Source: Eledone cirrhosa
Taxonomy: Eukaryota
Direction of reading: 5' to 3'
Length of the DNA: 64,000 bases
Assembly: GCA_964016885.1 (NCBI GenBank)
Contig: OZ024741.1
Location: forward strand, 207,266,001 to 207,330,000
The notes below the pieces were generated by a model, which was not told the DNA's origin, made no database searches, and saw only the letters and a program-made list of their open reading frames with translations. The stretch's first letter is position 1, and each line of letters opens with the position of its first letter. This document shows positions 1 to 11,485 of the stretch, in pieces. A program made the translations under genes and the position numbers.

Positions 1-1400
1 TCACTGGTTGAAAAATGCAATCCTCTCATAATGTATGCATTCCAACAAAAGATCTTCAACGAAAAAGAAATACTTGGACTTTAAACAAACTGTTCAACGG
101 ACCTTGAAAAAAATGAAGTACCAGTGGTGGTCTTCAAAAGCAGTTGAACTTCAAACTGCTACCGATAGGAGGGATATAAAAGCCTTCTTTGAAGGTATAA
201 AAGAGGTTTGTGGTCCTCATCAACGTGAATCCTCACCGGTGTTAACGTCGGATGAATCCAATTAAATTAAAAGGATGACTCCAATTAAAAGTGATATATG
301 GAAAGAACACTTTGAAACAGTTTTAAATACTCCATCATTTGTGGATCATGATGCCATCGACTCAATCCCTGAATTGGATTTTGATCCAAAATAAACCGAA
401 GTAAAAACAGCTATAAAACCAATGGTATCTCGTAAATCGCTTAATGATGATGCACTACCAGCTAGGGTGTACACATATGGAAATAATGTATTTATATATA
501 AGGTTTGGGATTTGTTTATTTTGATTTGTAAGAATGGTCAGGTTCCTTAGGAATTTAAAGTTTTGAATCCCAGTTGAACTTCAACCTCGGGAGAGGAACC
601 ACAGACATAGCTTGCGGCAGGGCTGCATTGAAAGTACGGATGCAGTGACCTATTTATGGTGTTGACGGAACAAAGGCTTTTGACTCTGTCAATCGCGATG
701 CTTTGTGGTCAGTGCTGCAGAAGGTTGGGATTCCCAATAAGATGCTCAGTATTATAACATCCTTCCTTAAAAACATGCAATTTTCTGTTAAATATGATGG
801 TGCTTCATCAGATCCTTTTCGTGTAAAAAATGGTACAATGCAGGGGTGCGTAATGACTCCTTTTTCGTTTTCTATTTACTCTTCTCTAATGCTAGAATAT
901 GCATTTAAGGACTATAATGATGGTGTTTTATTTTCAATTTGGAACATCATGTGGGCTTTTCAATCAGCAAAGATTTAAGGCGAAGACCCTTACAAGAACA
1001 AAATTGCTTTTAGACTTCTTGTCTGCAGATCATGCGGCTCTAGTAGCTAAGTCTTTCTATGGAGCACAAGAAGTCGTAAGCCGCTTTTCCTCTGCAACAA
1101 AAGCGTTTGGCCTAACAGTAAGTGTTAAAACGACAAAAGTGATATACCAGCTCAAACCAACATCTGTTCAAAGAAGAGCTATAACACTACGTGGGCCCTA
1201 ATGCGGTGCACCATTACGTCAAAGTATTGAAGACTCTAAAGTATGTTAAGTCCTTCCCATACTTTGGAAGTAAAATCAATACTAGTGATTCTCTAGACGT
1301 TGAATTAGTGAATAGAATCACCAAGGGTAGTGATTCCTTTGGAAAGTCAGGTAAAAGGCTATGGAATGAGAAAGAGTGAGTCTGAATACCAAATTGTATA
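1..1400 (+). mobile_element. Decayed RTE-clade non-LTR retrotransposon, RT region
   Basis: Frameshifted ORF pieces with RTE/BovB-like motifs: WWSSKAVELQTATDRRD, KAFDSVNR.ALWSVLQKVGIP, NGTMQGCVMTP, LLLDFLSADHAALVA (degenerate FADD), FGLTVSVKTTKV, FPYFGS. Confidence 0.85.
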
Positions 1401-2511
1401 GATGTAACCGAGATTGCGTAACAGCGTATATAAATTTACACATTGAATATGTAGACGTGTAAACGTGCTAAATATACATATTTCCCTGTAAACAACCACT
1501 GTTAATAATAAATATTATTTTAACCTTATAGATAGTATGTGAGATCTTCATGAAGTGCATGTTTTGTCTATTTATTAGAGAACATAAAGGGATATAATCA
1601 GGCCAAAACAGAGCGTGTAGATAAGGTAGTTGGTATGAACCTACATCACTCAAATTTTTGTTCTATTTTTCTTTTGTCTTAATAGTAAGTAAATCATATA
1701 GACTGCATGTACATGAATATACTTTTAAGCCATACATATGTATTTAATACTGATTACTAAAGTACTTAATATGTATTAATGGGCCTTTTACGAGATTTGT
1801 ATAGACCTGGACATAACTAAATATTGCGGGATGTTTTTGTTTTCTGGGGTTTAGCGATTCTGCTCGTCAGTGATTCGAGAATGCTAATATTTATATCAGC
1901 CTAATAATTATACTCCTTAAAGCTGCTGTATAGCTTGTATTATTATGAACAACAAAGAGCCCTGCGTGCCTAATAAAGAAATCATTATTATGAACAACTC
2001 AACTTGAATTTATGTTATGTGCAGTTCAGTCTTAGCCTTTAAACATAATTATATGTTTAGCGAAATTGAATCTCTATAAAATAATCATTTAGGAATTATC
2101 ACATTATCTGAAGCTATTCAAATTATTAAACATACATCATGTAAGTTATACATATATTAATAGTCTATCGGCGCTGATAGGAGAACAAGAGAAAGTATGT
2201 ATGTTGGCAAGGACGGTGTATTAATGTAAAAGAGAAATCGATTGAATCATTGCGATGGCGGAGTACTCAGAAAAATGTCTGTTAGAAACCAAACAATAAT
2301 GTAAATCTAACGCAATCACCAATACAAGTAGACAACAATATTTTAAATATATTTATTTTCAGAAATTACATGTTCACATTAGGTTAATTGGAAGAAATAT
2401 TAAATGCTTGATTCACAAGCTTCAAATATATATTCAGAAGGTTAGGTTGCAAATAAATTCAGTATTGAATTTGTACCCTCCTCCGCTTTGTGTTCCTTGT
2501 TTATCTCTTAG

Positions 2512-2582
2512 ATTGAAGGGAGAGAATAATCCTTATACCAGAAACTTGGACCAAATGCTTGCAACAGTAAACTCTGCCAGAG
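2512..2582 (+). other. Candidate 71-nt internal exon of an unknown host gene (LKGENNPYTRNLDQMLATVNSAR)
   Basis: Pyrimidine tract ending in ctcttAG at 2510-2511, donor AG|GTACGC at 2583, one open frame, no repeat character. No partner exons identified. Confidence 0.25.
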
Positions 2583-2670
2583 GTACGCCCAAAACAAATA
2601 GAGGCGTATTAGTCTACTTGCGCAAAATAGGTGCAGTTCTTTCAAAATACTTACAAACAATATCGGTCAA

Positions 2671-3833
2671 ATAGCGGCGATAGACGAGGTTTCACAAGAT
2701 GAGGCTTCGATAGACGAGCCTGCGATAAACGCGACTTTGATAGACGAAGCTGTCATAGACGAGGCTATGATGGACAAGGCTACGATAGACAAGGCTACGA
2801 TAGACAAGGCTACGATAGACCAGGCTGTAAAAGACGAGGCTGCGATATATAAAGCTGGGATACACGTGGTTGCGACAAACCAGGCTACGATAGACCAGGC
2901 TGCGATAGACAAGGCTGCGAAAGACGAGGCTGCGATAGACGAGGCTGTGATAGGCGTGGCTGCGATATACCAGGCTACGATAGACCAGGCTGCGATAGAC
3001 GAGGCTGTGATAGACGTGGCTCGATATACCAAGCTACGATAGACGAGGCTGCGATAGACAAGTCTGTGATAGATGTGGCTGCGCTAGACCAGGTTACGAT
3101 AGACCAGGTTACGATAGACGAGGCTACGATAGACGAGGCTGCGATATACAAAGCTGGGATAGACGTGGCTGCGATAGAGGAGGTTGTGATAGATAAGACT
3201 GCGATGGATGAGGCTATGATAGACAAGGGTGAGATAGATGAGGATACGATAGAGCATGTTGCGATAGACGAAGCTACGATAGATAAGACTGCGATAGATG
3301 AGGCTGTGGTGAATGAGGTTGTAATAGATGAGCCTGTAATAGATGAGCCTGCGATAGTTGAGCCTGTAATAGATGAGCCTGCGATAGACGAGGCTACGAT
3401 AGACGAGGCTACGATATACGAAGCTTCACAAAATAAGGCTGCGATAGACAGGCCACGATAGGTGAGGCTACGATAGACGGGGCTGTGATAGACAAGGTTG
3501 CGATAGACGAAGCTACGATAAACCAGGCTGCGATAAACAAGGCTGCGATAGACGAAGCTGCGATAGACGAGGTTGCGATAGACGAGACTTCGATAGACCA
3601 GGCTGCGATAGGTGTGGCTGTGATAGATGAGGCTGCGATAGACCACTCTGCAATAGACCAGGCTGCGATGGACCAGGCTGCGATGGACCAGGCTGTGATA
3701 GACAAAGCTATGATAGATGAATCTGCGATAGACCTGGCTGCGATAGATGAGGCTATGATAGATGAGTCTGCGATAGATCAGGCTGTGATAGATGAGGCTG
3801 CGTTGTATAGAGCTTGGATGGACGAGGCTGTAA
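2671..3833. repeat. 15-bp minisatellite, consensus GACGAGGCTGCGATA (reads DEAAI on + strand), about 75 diverged units
   Basis: Tandem units directly visible. The + strand ORFs 2737-3042, 3066-3461 and 3485-3847 are separated by frame shifts near 3021 and 3455. Confidence 0.95.
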
Positions 3834-3849
3834 CAGGCAACACCTGATC

Positions 3850-3920
3850 CTGGTGTCACAGAATGGGATTGAACCCGAAATTTGTAGTGCGTAACGAACG
3901 TCTTAACCAACCATAATCCA
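3850..3920 (-). mobile_element. tRNA-derived SINE head (degenerate)
   Basis: Minus strand reads TGGTTGGTTAAG...GGGTTCAATCCC, resembling pol III A and B boxes. Confidence 0.55.
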
Positions 3921-3929
3921 ACGAGGAAA

Positions 3930-4112
3930 CCTTATTCTATCAGCTATAAATAGTAGCTAATTCCAAATCACACTACAATCTTATGAAAATAGAAAGCACA
4001 TGAGAAAACGTAGTTGTAGATGCATATCTGGAGTATATTAGAGTTGGTCAAGTTTGGAATGCCTATCATTATAGATCTACTCGATCACTTTTCACCTGTG
4101 ACTAAACAACTA
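3930..4112 (+). mobile_element. Degenerate SINE body/tail; related copies at about 4700-4850 and 35870-36060
   Basis: Blocks shared among the copies (tagaaatagc, aaatcacac, ggataatgtag, gacct...gctaaacaac) and a (CAA)n-like tail. Confidence 0.5.
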
Positions 4113-5189
4113 CCATGGCAACATAGCATTTTCTCATTGTTATTTGATAAACTTATGCTCTATTTAGATTTCTAACACCCCACACTTGCAATATTCACTT
4201 AATCAGGCTTAGGACAAGGAAAAAGAGAGACATTTTTATTTAACGTAAAGCCATGTCTGATCTATCAACCAATTTCGAACTGAAGATAAAATTAGCTAAC
4301 GGAAATGGCAGGAATTGGAATAATTGTGTTGAAGATTGATGGATTTAATGTCGTACATAAAATAAAAATTAAAATTAAAATTTCTATTTTTGTTGAAGAA
4401 AGCAAAACATCAAGCGGCAATTGTTAGAGACTCTCAAAGAAAGGTGGGGAAGTTAATTCCGAGAAATAAAAAATAAACTTCTCAAGTTAATTTAAATCTT
4501 TGCGGAAAAGACATTCCGATCTTCGTTTTGTAACAAAGATTAGACTGCCCTTTCAACAAGAATGGACATTTATTTGAGAAAATGAGTATTGATTTCTTGA
4601 AATTATCTTCCCCGAAGAAAACCCAACTAGCTAAAAAAACAATTCTTTTAGCCTAGAGATTTCGAACAAGTTGCGTTTTTTTTCTGTTTCCGTACCCTCA
4701 GAGAAGGGGGCCTTTGCATAGTCATTTGATCTGTTAGAAATAGCTGTCGTATATTTTCCAAAGTACACGCCATTATGTTTAACAGGGGAAGAATACATTG
4801 GATAATGTAGCCTTAGATAAACAATGTCGAATTCAAACGGCAGGTTTTCGGTGAGGTGTTATCCAAGACATAACATTCATACGGACGCTTTAGAAAATTG
4901 AAACCTGTCACTTTCAACGTCTTCTCCATAGATATAAAAAATTGATTGCTGTTGTTGTTGTTTGCTCCAGCTTAGCCATGGTTGGACATATACTCAAATG
5001 AATTTCATCAATGACTATCCCAGTCATAAGTTCTACATTACAATATTGTCCGATGGATCGTTTCAGTTCTCCAAGATTGTATGTGGGGATTTGGCTGTTA
5101 TTTTTTTGTAGAAGAGGCAAATACTTAGATGCTTCGTAAGATGTTTATGCTGCCTCTGTTTAGGTCAACTCTAACTGACCTTTCAAAGA

Positions 5190-6088
5190 GGCCTGAGAAA
5201 ATGTTGAAGACGAACCTCGTTCTGGAAGGCCAATCTCGTCAACAAATGAACAAAGTAAGGAAGTGGTGTGAACGGTGATGGTGAAAGATCACTGATTAAA
5301 TGTTAGGATGATTTCAGAAGAAACGGGCCTGGATAAAATGCAGTTCACAGAATTTTAACAAACCATTTGCTATTGTCCGTGGAGCAAAAAGAAAACCAAT
5401 TGGAAATTTGTGAGGATTTGGTAGAAAGCCTCGAAATTGAGCTAAATTTCTTGGATGAAATAATAACAGAAGATGAATCGTAGATGTTCGAGTGTTTCAG
5501 GAACAAAACGACAAAGCGAGCAGTGGCACACGAAAAATTCTCCTCGTCCAAATAAAGCATGCATGAGCAGACCCAGGGTGAAAACAATGATTATCATTTT
5601 TGTCGACTGTCGTGATATTGTTCACAAAGAATTTTTACCCTCCAGGAGAGTTAATTTCCCTTTCTATTAAAAAGACGTTAAAAACGAGCCCAGCGAGATT
5701 GGGTACTGCACTACGATAACTCACTTCCTTACACAGTACCTGCAATTAGTGAATTTCTGGCGATCAAAGACATTCCCATCCTTCCACATCCACTCTACAG
5801 CCCAGATATAACTCCATGTGATTTCTACCTCTTCCCTCAGTTGAAATCGAAGTCGAAGTGGGATCATTTGGAAACTGTGGAAAAATACATAAAAATTGTG
5901 ACTGACGAGCTTAGGACACTCTCAGAAAATGACTTCCAGTACTGTTACAATCAATGGAAAAAACGTCGGAACCACTGTGTGACTTCTAGGGGGTCGTATT
6001 CTGAAGAAATAACGAGTAATTTCATGTATGTCTAATATACATTTAAATAAAACACCAGTACCCTTACTTTTGTGATAAAACTTGTATA
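5190..6088 (+). mobile_element. Mariner (Tc1/mariner) transposase remnant
   Basis: Fragments VEDEPRSGRP, IITEDES*, TKRQSEQWH, KTMIIIFVD..DIVHKEFLP, LHYDN, PHPLYSPDITPCDFYLFP, CYNQWKKR.NHCV. Multiple stops. Ends in a TIR-like sequence plus TA. Confidence 0.9.
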
Positions 6089-7024
6089 TGACTGCATATG
6101 ACTGCATTAGCTAATGTTTTTAGAGAATAATGGTGCATTCAATGATATTTAGTTTTTTATGTCAAACACATCAGATGACTACATAAATATCTTTAAATGA
6201 TTGTAAACATGAAAATACTCCAGCCTTACCCAATCTGTCTTTTGATTTAAGGGCGAATCTATGATTACATTATCTAATGTGAGGTTACATTTCTTTAGGA
6301 CAGTTGTATGATTTTCTGTCAGATTGGCTGTTATGTCTAGTAAATCAGAAGACCGTGTAGAAGTTTCTTGCTGACTCGGCAATTGATTGTGCAGATAAAC
6401 ATGATAAAATATGACATGAAATCTCGCAATTAGATTAAGAAATCGATCAATAATTTAAATAAATGAATAGACATTGAACAGTGAACAACATAATCAATAC
6501 ATTTTTTAATAGAAATGGATCTATTTTTTCTCATGGGAATTACCATTTACTCTAAATTCTATATAATATCCATGAAATATGTGTGCGCGTGCGTGTATTG
6601 TGTTGTAGATTGAAGCCATCTTCACAAAGGATATTGTAATCAAGGAATTATTAAATATTTTTACTTAAAATTACATCCATTCGACGTATATAATGTTAGT
6701 GGGAAAAATCCGAAAACTGGTTCCTCAAATATGAAGAAGACTTTAAAAGGACGCACCAAACAGGTAACCCCTTTATAAAGCATTTGAACATAACAAGAAC
6801 TACAACAGACACATTTACACCACCAAACCCAACACACACTAACCACAGGCACATCCCCCACCAACACAAACCAAATACGGCCAACTACACCAAAAGAAAC
6901 ACACCCAACCACCACAACACAGGTTTCCGTAGAAATACCCCCTACATAAACCAACGACGAAATAACATAGATCCAACTCACAACACACACACCACATTCC
7001 TCAGAAGAAATCCACCCAGACCAC

Positions 7025-9569
7025 TTGAAATCACAACAGAACTTACCCACAACCACACCAGACATCACCCTCAATCCAACAAAAGACAACCCCCCAACCT
7101 CAACACTCTGTACCACAGAAATAACGCACCCAGACCACATGAACCAACAACAGAACCCTTGCTCATCAACAACCACAACACATACCACCCCCACCATCAC
7201 ATTCACCCTCATGAAACAACAAGCTACAGACCCACACGCAACAGACCAACAAAATATAATCACACACAAAACTACATTCCTTTTTTAGGGAAAAGCCTGA
7301 AATACCAGGATACTCGATGCCCCCCCCCCCCCCTTAGGAGAAACCAAAAATAATCAACCTCTCAAAGACACCTCTAACCAACACACAAATCAACATTTTA
7401 AGTAAGGGCCTGTAATTTACACCTACACCACGTAAACCAAACTTCCCCGAAATGAAGGATGACATCATGGAATACTGCCGAAAGCTGCGACTAACGGAAT
7501 TCTTCTACAACGACACCAACACTGAAGACCAATCACTGGTTAGAAATAAAAGCAATTTCTGCCCACAAAAGGGAAGAAATAAAGCACTGGACACGTACTG
7601 CGAACACATCACCAACTTTTCCTATGAAAAAATTACAAATAAACACACGAAATCAAACCTATCTACACACGAATGGGAAGAATTATTCACACTTAGAAAC
7701 AACCCTGAGATAACTATCAAAGAAGCCGATAAAGGCAGTACTGTTGTCATTATGAATACGGACTACTATAGGACCCTCGCACTTAACATTTTAGAAAACA
7801 ACACATACTATGAAAAAACAGAAAACTACAAACACACCAAAACAATGGGGAACCTTTTGACCTTACTGAATAAATACCGCAACAGCTTAACCACAAAAGA
7901 GTTTAACTATATAAGCCACTTCAAATGCAATACAAGCTCTTTTTACGGCTTACCGAAACTCCACAAATGTAAACCCATAAACGATGCATGTGACACCTCA
8001 ACCAACAATTACATTGAACTAACACCACCAGAAGACCTAAAACTCAGGCCAATTATAGCAGGCCCTACATGTGAAACCCACAGACTTAGCAACTTTCTGG
8101 ACATCCTACTGAAACCCTTTCTACAACATATACAGAGCTACATACGAGATGACCTTGACATGCTGAAACACCTCCCTAAAACAGTAAGTGCAAATACAAT
8201 TCTTGTCTCCTTTGACGTAATAAACCTCTACACAAACATACCCCACAACTATGGAATAACAGCAGTCCAATACTGGCTTAACACACACCCATCAGAAATA
8301 CCGACACGCATCAACACAGATTTTATCACTGACGGACTCCGCTTTATCCTACAAAATAACTACTTCACATTCAATGGTTCAACATACAGACAAGTATCAG
8401 GTACGGCAATGGGCACGAAAGTAGCACCCACATATGCCAACCTAGTCATGGGATTCCATACAGTCAGTCCCTTCTCTTATTTGGAGACTCTTTCCACACA
8501 CACCTCAAAGCCAATTGGAAAATATATCTAGACGACTGCTTTATCCTATGGCAAGAAGACATGAACTCACTTACTACGTTTAAAAATATGATAAACAACA
8601 TAGATAATAACATACAATTCACAATGGAATCCAATCCTAAGGAATTAGCCTTCTTGGATATTCTCATCTCTGTAATAGACGGGAAATTAGATACAGATAT
8701 ATTCTATAAACCCACAGATTCCAAGCAATACCTCTTTTTCACATCAAGTCACCCAAAACATACAAAACTTAACATTCCTTACAATTTGGCCAAACGTATA
8801 TGTACCATAGTATCAGATCCACCTAAACAGGAGCAAAGACTAAAGGAACTTAAGAGCCTTTCCACTTGAAATAATCAACAATGGAATAGACAGGGCAAAA
8901 CACCTAAATCCCCATCAACTTAACAATCCAAAACAGAAAACCACACTCAACACCCTGCCATATGTATCCACTTTCAACCCCAGAAATACCGAAATGTTTG
9001 ATCACTTACACAAAAACCTCCCCATCCTACTTAAAGATGTAAAAATGAAGTCTATTCTTGAAACACACAAGATCCTTAAAAGTAAAAGACAACCCAAATC
9101 ACTTAAACGCATTCTCACTGGACCAAATATACCCAAACCAATCCTCAACCCTACAGTTACCAAATGTGGTAGAACAAACTGTGGAACGTGCCTCTACCTC
9201 ACTGAAGGACAAACATTTACATTCAAAGATGGCCAAACATTTACAGTAAAAAACAATTTCACCTGCAACTCGGAGAACTTGATTTACGCAATAACTTGCG
9301 GTGGATGCAAACACAACTACATAGGACAGACGGGCACCTCATTACGCAAAAGAATGACCATCCACCGCCAACAAATCCGGGACGCTAAAACAAGAAAAAT
9401 CCCCTTGAGCAGCCATATTGCGAACTGCGCAGGAATGACACTACCCAACTTTAAAATCTTCCCCTTCTACAAGTGCTCAGATTCGTTCACACAGCAACAA
9501 AGAATAAACAAAGAAAATCTATTCCTTAACAAATTTAAACCAAAACTAAACGGGTTATCACCCCAATAG
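7025..9569 (+). pseudogene. PLE RT/GIY-YIG polyprotein broken by frameshifts and stops
   Basis: ORFs 7452-8531, 8561-8869 and 8994-9569 are consecutive parts of one PLE ORF. Confidence 0.9.
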
Positions 9570-9849
9570 AATTGTCATAAAATATAAACACACATACGCA
9601 CGGAATCACTACTATTAAAGACCAGAGACCAATTCTGTAGAATCAGGTTTATTCGTTGACAGACCATGCCTTTGTGTGACCAACACATCCATGTTAAACC
9701 CTGCACGTGCACACACATATATCTATATATATATGCGCACACAGAATTCACCACTGTCGGTTGCGGGGCCATATCTACATGAAGAACTCAATGTGATCAG
9801 AATGACTTGTATTTTAATTTCACTGTCCCAACTTCTTATATTATGGAAA

Positions 9850-10026
9850 AAATATATGTGTATGTATGTATATATATATATATATTTGGAGGCCATTTCT
9901 CTGTGTGTGGGTGTATGTATGTGTATATGTGTGTGTGTGTATGTGTGTGCATGTGGATGTATGTATTGTGTGTGCGTGTGTGTGTGTGTGTGTATGTATG
10001 TGTGTATCTGGATGTATGCGTATGTG

Positions 10027-10057
<31 letters not shown>

Positions 10058-10159
10058 ATATATATGTGTGTGTATGTGTATATATATGTGTGTGCGTGTG
10101 TATGTTTGTATGTGTGTATATATATGTATATATATATGTGTGTGTGTGTGTATGTGTGG

Positions 10160-10203
<44 letters not shown>

Positions 10204-10260
10204 ATATGTATATGTGTGTGTATGTATGTGTGTATCTGGATGTATGTGTATGTATATATA

Positions 10261-10303
<43 letters not shown>

Positions 10304-10364
10304 ATGTGTATATATGTGTGTGTATGTGTGTATGTATATGTATGTGTGTGTGTATGTATGTGTG

Positions 10365-10437
<73 letters not shown>

Positions 10438-10486
10438 GTGTATGTATATGTATGTATGTGTGGATGAAGGTATGTGTGTATATATA
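9850..10486. repeat. Compound (TA)n/(TG)n microsatellite
   Basis: Directly visible; explains the spurious YI/CV ORFs. Confidence 0.97.
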
Positions 10487-10798
10487 GGTGTAAGTGCACT
10501 AAATCCCTTTCTATCACGCTCCACTCTCCTACCCACCACAGGAAGATATATGTATGTATATTTCTTCCACCCCCTCACTGACCAGCAGCTGGCCAGTTGG
10601 CCATTGCTAAATCTGACCTTTATAAAATAACCCACACCCCAAATAACTTCTCATTCACTACCAGAAAGGGACACAGCAGTCAACTGTTGTTGCTACCTAG
10701 ATGAAAACTACTATGAAATCCCACAATGAATTTTATACTTGAATTTTCAAATCTCAAATTTTAACTCTTCGTATTATTAATTTTTCTTAATATTAATC

Positions 10799-10846
10799 AA
10801 CATTTGAAAAGATGGCTTTTGCAGACCCATCGAAACCGGTCATTTT
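10799..10846 (+). ncRNA. Minimal type I hammerhead ribozyme, U3:A8 variant core
   Basis: TTGAAAA-GATGG(11 nt)CCATC-GAAA-CCGG-TC^, palindromic stem III ACCGGT, weak stem I. Confidence 0.6.
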
Positions 10847-10985
10847 TTATACCCTTTATTATTTCCTTACCTTATAAAATTATATGTTTTTTCACAAAAA
10901 AGTATTCTGTCTCTTATATATTCCATGTGCCATTACCAACCTCAATTTTCTCTCTCTCTATATATATATATAAATATATATATAT

Positions 10986-11472
10986 AAGTGTGTATGTATA
11001 TGTACACACATATATGTATACAGACGTACAGTAGTATGTATATATATATATACATACATGCACACATATATATATATATGTACGTATGGGTTTACCGAAC
11101 ATTTATTATAATGTTCGGTTTGTTTGTGAACAAACAAACAGCCCGAATTACGCCGTACATATATATATATGTATATGTGTATGTATATGTATGTATGTGT
11201 GGATGAAGGTATGTGTGTATATATCGTCGCCCTTTTGTTCAACACTGACGCAGGAACGATGTACTAGTTTTAAGCTTATTAGGTATCGTCAGCATCGTAT
11301 ACCTTTCTGCCAGATGATTGAACGTCTGAAAGTATATACTTTCCTTATGCATCTTAACGGCTGAGCAGCCTAATTTGCATATCGAGTGTGTTAGTCGGCC
11401 GGGCGCACCGAAAACGATAAATGGAAACGAATGAAACGAAATTTCATTTCTCACTCTTAGTACGGCTGATAC
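10986..11472 (-). mobile_element. ORF-less HHR-bearing element (retrozyme-like or solo pLTR); same family as 58604-59248
   Basis: Flanked by (TA)n on both sides, closely similar to 58604-59248, HHR at 11256-11298. Confidence 0.7.
11256..11298 (-). ncRNA. Minimal type I HHR (GAAA mutated to AAAA in this copy)
   Basis: ACGATG-CTGACGA-stem II-AAAA-CTAG-TA^-CATCGT. Sister copies keep GAAA. Confidence 0.65.
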
Positions 11473-11485
11473 ATAATATATATAT

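Larger units (their letters stand above)
6620..10958 (+). mobile_element. Penelope-like element, probably Neptune clade, near full length, with a microsatellite-expanded 3' region
   Basis: RT motifs IKEADKG, FYGLPKLHK, LRPIIAG, FDVINLYTNIP, GTAMGTKVAPTYANL, YLDD, FLDI, FYKPTD. Cys linker KCGRTNCGTC. GIY-YIG NLIYAITC..C..NYIGQTG..LRKRM..H. HHR near the 3' end; ends in (TA)n. Confidence 0.92.

Noticed and set aside
2671-3833. CRISPR-like array
   Set aside because: Contiguous tandem units with no unique spacers; eukaryotic context and no cas genes.
6179-6420. Minus-strand open frame with a GG|GTAAGG donor
   Set aside because: No convincing acceptor and no recognisable protein.
9676-10635. Long ORFs of YI/CV/HT dipeptides, here and at 46114-47551, 57972-58720 and elsewhere
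   Set aside because: Translations of stop-free (TA)n/(TG)n microsatellites.
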